Source: Candidatus Nezhaarchaeota archaeon (GTDB lineage Archaea; Thermoproteota; Methanomethylicia; Nezhaarchaeales; WYZ-LMO8). From it: 64,000 nucleotides of DNA. Made by a program: the position numbers and the translations under genes. The stretch is from the NCBI GenBank assembly GCA_025059375.1, contig JANXDO010000001.1, positions 224,097 to 288,096 of the forward strand, given 5' to 3'. Below, piece after piece: positions 60,416 through 64,000 of this stretch; within the stretch, counting starts at the first letter, position 1, and every line of letters starts with the position of its first letter. The notes under the pieces are model-generated. The model saw only the letters and a list, made by a program, of their open reading frames with translations, was not told where the DNA came from and made no database searches.

Positions 60416-61279
60416 ATGTCAATTAGTAAAATGAAGGTTTTGATGCCAATAATTATTGCTGTCTTCATCTCCACCTTAAGCCTCTTAGCCTACGAGAACC
60501 AAGTTTTAAGAGGTAGCGTAGCTATCCTTCACCGAAACCTCATCTCCATGACTGAGAGCTTCGAGAACCTTGAGAATCAACACATGAGGTTATTGAGTGA
60601 GCATGAATTGCTCCTCGTAACATATCAAAAGCTTCTTGAGGAGAACACCACCCTCAATGAGTCCTACAATATATTGAAGAAGGAACACTCAACTCTGCTT
60701 GATAAGTACGAAAAACTCGTGATGGACTACATCGAGCTAACAGAGTCTTATACCAAACTTAATGACTCCTACACCATCCTCCTCCAAAACCACGTAGATC
60801 TTCAAGGCAGATACAAGGTCCTTTCAAACATGTACCAGGAGCTTCAGGCGATCTATGTATCCTTAAAAGAGGCTTATGATAAGCTCTACTTCGCAATGTA
60901 TCGTCCACTATGGTCTAATGAGACGGTAACCCCAACAATGAGTGAACTTAGGGAATGGCTTGAGAAAGATGACACTAATCGTTTACCTTACTCAAAGTGG
61001 GACTTTGTATGCGGAGACTTCGCAGTGATGCTGTCCATGCATGCTAAACTTAAACATTGGGACATGGGCATAGTGGCGGTCATAGGTAAAGATGCTAAAG
61101 GAAACGCCTTCAATCACGCCTTCAACGCAATAGTCTGTAAAGAGGGGCTAGTGTACATTGAACCACAAAATGACGAAATATTCCATGGACCGATAAGAGT
61201 GGGTGAATGGTATTATCACCCAGGTTTTGGAGCGATATATGTTGAAGCCTTCATAATCGTAGTGCTTTACCAACAATGA
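60416..61279 (+). CDS. Membrane-anchored coiled-coil protein with C-terminal transglutaminase-like cysteine-peptidase core
   Basis: N-terminal TM 'VLMPIIIAVFISTLSLLA'. About 150 aa of ~20-aa periodic (L..[ED]SY..L) coiled-coil repeats. C-terminal 'VCGDFA' (Cys), 'NHAFNAIV' (His) and 'YIEPQND' (Asp) are spaced as in TGase-like cores. Confidence 0.45.
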   Translation: MSISKMKVLMPIIIAVFISTLSLLAYENQVLRGSVAILHRNLISMTESFENLENQHMRLLSEHELLLVTYQKLLEENTTLNESYNILKKEHSTLLDKYEKLVMDYIELTESYTKLNDSYTILLQNHVDLQGRYKVLSNMYQELQAIYVSLKEAYDKLYFAMYRPLWSNETVTPTMSELREWLEKDDTNRLPYSKWDFVCGDFAVMLSMHAKLKHWDMGIVAVIGKDAKGNAFNHAFNAIVCKEGLVYIEPQNDEIFHGPIRVGEWYYHPGFGAIYVEAFIIVVLYQQ

Positions 61280-61603
61280 TATGGAGTACTAAATCACCCC
61301 ACGCTCCATTCAAGATGATCATCAAGCGTACCTTGTAGGTGAACGTTACGATTACTGCCTAACAATCGCCAATACATTAAGTGGTTAGCACAACTTTTTA
61401 GCTACACAACAATTAACACCCAAAGTCCTGCTCAATGGTCTCGGCCTCTAAATTGAGCTCCGCTTACTGAAGTGGGCTTGCTTAAGGATCAGCTTATGAT
61501 GACCTTAAACCTCTAAGCACAACTCGAGGACTTGTAGAGCTTTCCATTAGAATCTACTCCTAAATCGATTAACGTAGTTGATCAGAGCTCTTAGCGCTAA
61601 GTC

Positions 61604-62569
61604 CTACTTGGCGAGCATGTAGTAAATTCTATCGTCTCTTATCTCCTCCTTCACTATCCCCCTATTCTCTAAGTAGATTAAATGTGCAATCGTCTCACTA
61701 ATAATGAACCACTTTTGGATGGGATTTATGGCGTCCCACTGATCGTAGGTCAAGTCCCAGCTAATTTCTGGTGCTACTTGCCAAGCCGTCTTAGCTCCAC
61801 TCTTCAAAGCATTAACTACTTCATCCAGCCTCCTCTCATGATGCTCCTTTAACTCCAATATTCTCTTCTTAACATCACCATGAAACTCTCTATGTCCCGG
61901 AAGCACATGCTTTACATCGAGTGAATAGATTTTATCTAGGCTATTCAAGTACTCCCAAAGTGAATCGTGTCCCTCCCAGTACGGGACGTTCGGTGTTATG
62001 TCGAAGAGTATGTGGTCTCCAGAGAATAAGACCCCATTATCTTCATCGTAGAGACACATATGGCCTGGCGTGTGACCAGGAGTAAGTATTGCCTTCAACT
62101 TGTAATCCCCATACTCAAAGAGCTCTCCATCCTTAACTACTTGAAAGTTAACCTCGCTGTAGTACCTGACAGCTGGATGGGACCTTAAGACCTTGTCTAA
62201 ATCTTCGAGTGGGAAGCCGTTCATTGTAAAGAAGCTCAAGTACCTAAGTATCCTTTGAGCAGAACTCGGTTCCTGCATTATGATAGCATCGCCCTCACTT
62301 ATGTACACGGTGCTAGTCAGTCTACCTGCGAGACCGAGGTGATCAGCGTGAAGGTGGGTTATGAAGTAATCAGCTCTCTTATAATCAACACCTATCTCAT
62401 TTAAGGCCTTCACAAGCTCCACATAACATTCATCCATATTAAACCCGGTGTCAATAATTAGTGGCCTCTTAGCCATTATGACGTAGGAGTTGAGCGACTT
62501 AAGTGGGCTGCCTGGTAACGGGACTTTAATCATGAAGATGCCGGGGAGCACCTCCTTTACAGACATCAA
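61604..62569 (-). CDS. MBL-fold metallo-hydrolase
   Basis: 'FITHLHADHLG' HxHxDH motif and a 'TPGHTPGH' second His site. Confidence 0.65.
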   Translation of the reverse strand: MMSVKEVLPGIFMIKVPLPGSPLKSLNSYVIMAKRPLIIDTGFNMDECYVELVKALNEIGVDYKRADYFITHLHADHLGLAGRLTSTVYISEGDAIIMQEPSSAQRILRYLSFFTMNGFPLEDLDKVLRSHPAVRYYSEVNFQVVKDGELFEYGDYKLKAILTPGHTPGHMCLYDEDNGVLFSGDHILFDITPNVPYWEGHDSLWEYLNSLDKIYSLDVKHVLPGHREFHGDVKKRILELKEHHERRLDEVVNALKSGAKTAWQVAPEISWDLTYDQWDAINPIQKWFIISETIAHLIYLENRGIVKEEIRDDRIYYMLAK

Positions 62570-62977
62570 GACCCTCCAGAGATCTTCGCCATCTTTCCGA
62601 TCAAGAAAATTCTGGGGTACATAGATTCAGCAGGCTTATAGGTCTTTTGGATTCATGCATAAGCAACGTAGAACCTGTGCTCCATACTTAAGAACCCCTC
62701 CAGAACAAGGTGCAAAGTCTAGTGGCTTCTAAAACATCAATCCGTGAGCCCCTTGCGGCTCATGGGTCTTGCTTTAAGCGTACGTTGAATAGCACTGCCG
62801 CTTGTTACAAAGCATAGACTTAACTTTAAAAGGCTTATGTGCCTTTAAAGAACCATGAAGCCTTAGTGATTAAATGCGTTCGTGAAGCTAGAATTTAAGC
62901 TGCTAGACGAGCTAAACCCATCACTTAAGAGTCCTAACGAAATTCCAATGAAGTTTAATAGCGTCTGCGTGAAACAC

Positions 62978-63790
62978 TTAAAAGCTAAAGCAGAAATCGT
63001 AGGGCATTTTGAGTTCATGGCACATCATAATTATCTCCTCACTGACCTTCTTCACCCATCCTCTATCCTTAACCGCCTCCATGAACCTGTTGGCGCTTTC
63101 GCCTCTAAGCGCTTTAGCCATAGCTCGCACGACATCCCCTCTAGTGTTCAGTTTATCCACAATCACATACTGGGCACCATGCTCATGGGCGAGCTCAAGT
63201 ATACCTTGAATTTCATAGTCAATAATCCCTGGTATCAATGGGCCGAGGAATAGAAATGTCTTAAACCCTCTCTCTGAAGCTTCCTTAAGTGCTCTGAGCC
63301 TAGCTATCGGTGGAGGTGCATTGGGCTCAAGAACCTTGTGGAAACTTAAAGTCGTCACAGTCACTCCAACTTCAAATCTTCCCTCTTCCATCAATTCTAA
63401 ATCCCTCCTAAATGTGTCAGACTTAGTTAGTAGCACAACCTCAAAGCCTCCTTTAGCTAAGAGCTCAATGCACCTCCTCGTGAGCTGACATTTCCACTCA
63501 ATGGGCTGGTATGGATCAGTTATGCTGCTCACTAAGACCCTACCCCTTGGAGCTCGCTTAACCTCCATTGCTAGCACTCTTGGAATGTTAACTTTGACTT
63601 CAACGAAGGAGCCCCAAGTCCTGTTCTTCAACCTCATCGGCATCATTCTAGGAACATAGCAGTATATACAGGCGTGCTCACAGCCAAAGTATGGATTAAG
63701 AGAGTAGTCCACACCGTAAATCTTACTTTTAGAGAGGGCTCTGTTACACGATATCTCAACGATACTTACACTCGGCTTAGCGCGTTCCAC
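62978..63790 (-). CDS. Radical SAM protein of the SPL/DNA-repair-photolyase-like family
   Basis: 'NPYFGCEHACIYCY' (CX3CX2C preceded by NPY.GC), characteristic of the SplB-like rSAM family. 270 aa. Confidence 0.55.
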   Translation of the reverse strand: MERAKPSVSIVEISCNRALSKSKIYGVDYSLNPYFGCEHACIYCYVPRMMPMRLKNRTWGSFVEVKVNIPRVLAMEVKRAPRGRVLVSSITDPYQPIEWKCQLTRRCIELLAKGGFEVVLLTKSDTFRRDLELMEEGRFEVGVTVTTLSFHKVLEPNAPPPIARLRALKEASERGFKTFLFLGPLIPGIIDYEIQGILELAHEHGAQYVIVDKLNTRGDVVRAMAKALRGESANRFMEAVKDRGWVKKVSEEIIMMCHELKMPYDFCFSF

Positions 63791-63881
63791 TTAACCTCAA
63801 CCCTCTCACGGACTTAAGGACGGCTTAACCAAAGTTACAGAAATATAAGTTGCTTGAACACCTATATCTTTGGTGGACCCC

Positions 63882-64000
63882 ATGCACGTAGTCTTCGTTC
63901 TGATAAACACTAAGCCTGGCAAGGCTTTTGAAGTAGCAGAGAAGGTCTGCAAGATTGAGAAGGTCAAGGCTGCGCATGCGGTGACAGGACCCTATGACGT
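63882..64000 (+). CDS. Stand-alone Lrp/AsnC C-terminal (RAM)-domain-like small protein, 3'-truncated by window
   Basis: 'MHVVFVLINTKPGKAFEVAEKVCKIEKVKAAHAVTGPYDV' matches the beta-alpha-beta-beta pattern of RAM/AsnC_trans_reg domains. Confidence 0.35.
   Translation, partial: MHVVFVLINTKPGKAFEVAEKVCKIEKVKAAHAVTGPYD

Noticed and set aside
1-64000. tRNA, rRNA and CRISPR search
   Set aside because: I found no GTTCGAATC-type T-loop in a cloverleaf context in any ORF-free interval, no rRNA-like conserved blocks and no spaced direct repeats.

Overview
This is a dense, chromosomal-looking archaeal window. Gene content and the apparent leaderless, operon-overlapped architecture suggest a thermophilic crenarchaeon or related archaeon. 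I saw no rRNA, no convincing tRNA and no CRISPR array. Most of the 64 kb is protein-coding on both strands. The gene blocks I can recognise from sequence motifs are listed below.

- **Purine biosynthesis:** a partial PurM-superfamily gene at the 5' edge and two tandem PurP (FAICAR synthetase) paralogs.
- **Divalent-cation channel genes:** two MgtE-like membrane-domain genes followed by two PhoU-like/TrkA-C paralogs.
- **Amino-acid biosynthesis:** a LeuA/HCS-family and LeuB/HICDH-family pair.
- **Hydrogenase operon:** a complete cytosolic group-3b-type [NiFe] hydrogenase operon (hydB-hydG-hydD-hydA plus a HycI-like maturation protease), immediately followed by a radical-SAM gene.
- **Glycerol catabolism:** an FGGY kinase, an FAD-linked oxidase with a CCG Fe-S subunit, GlpA with a BFD-like domain and an unusual N-terminal extension, a second flavoprotein, and a DUF1667 small subunit.
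- **Thiolase pair:** a thiolase with a DUF35 OB-fold/zinc-ribbon partner.
- **Translation-related genes:** Pelota and ribosomal protein S25e.
- **Aldehyde/alcohol redox neighbourhood:** tungsten-type AOR, an Fe-type alcohol dehydrogenase, an SCP2 protein and a saccharopine-dehydrogenase-like protein.
- **Sulfur-trafficking cassette:** DsrE-like, TusA-like, IscS and IscU.

The less ordinary items are these:
- An orphan ABC ATPase fused to an unknown C-terminal Gly-rich alpha/beta domain.
- A wHTH + PD-(D/E)xK nuclease next to a large polytopic membrane protein.
- An overlapping DUF2283-DUF559 pair.
- A 650-nt ORF-poor gap holding a candidate C/D-box sRNA and a 49-aa ORF.
- A C-terminal-half MFS remnant.
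- A membrane-anchored coiled-coil protein ending in a transglutaminase-like cysteine-protease core.

All calls rest on motif recognition by eye. No database searches were run. Starts are approximate, partly because the ORF track treats GTG/TTG as start codons.
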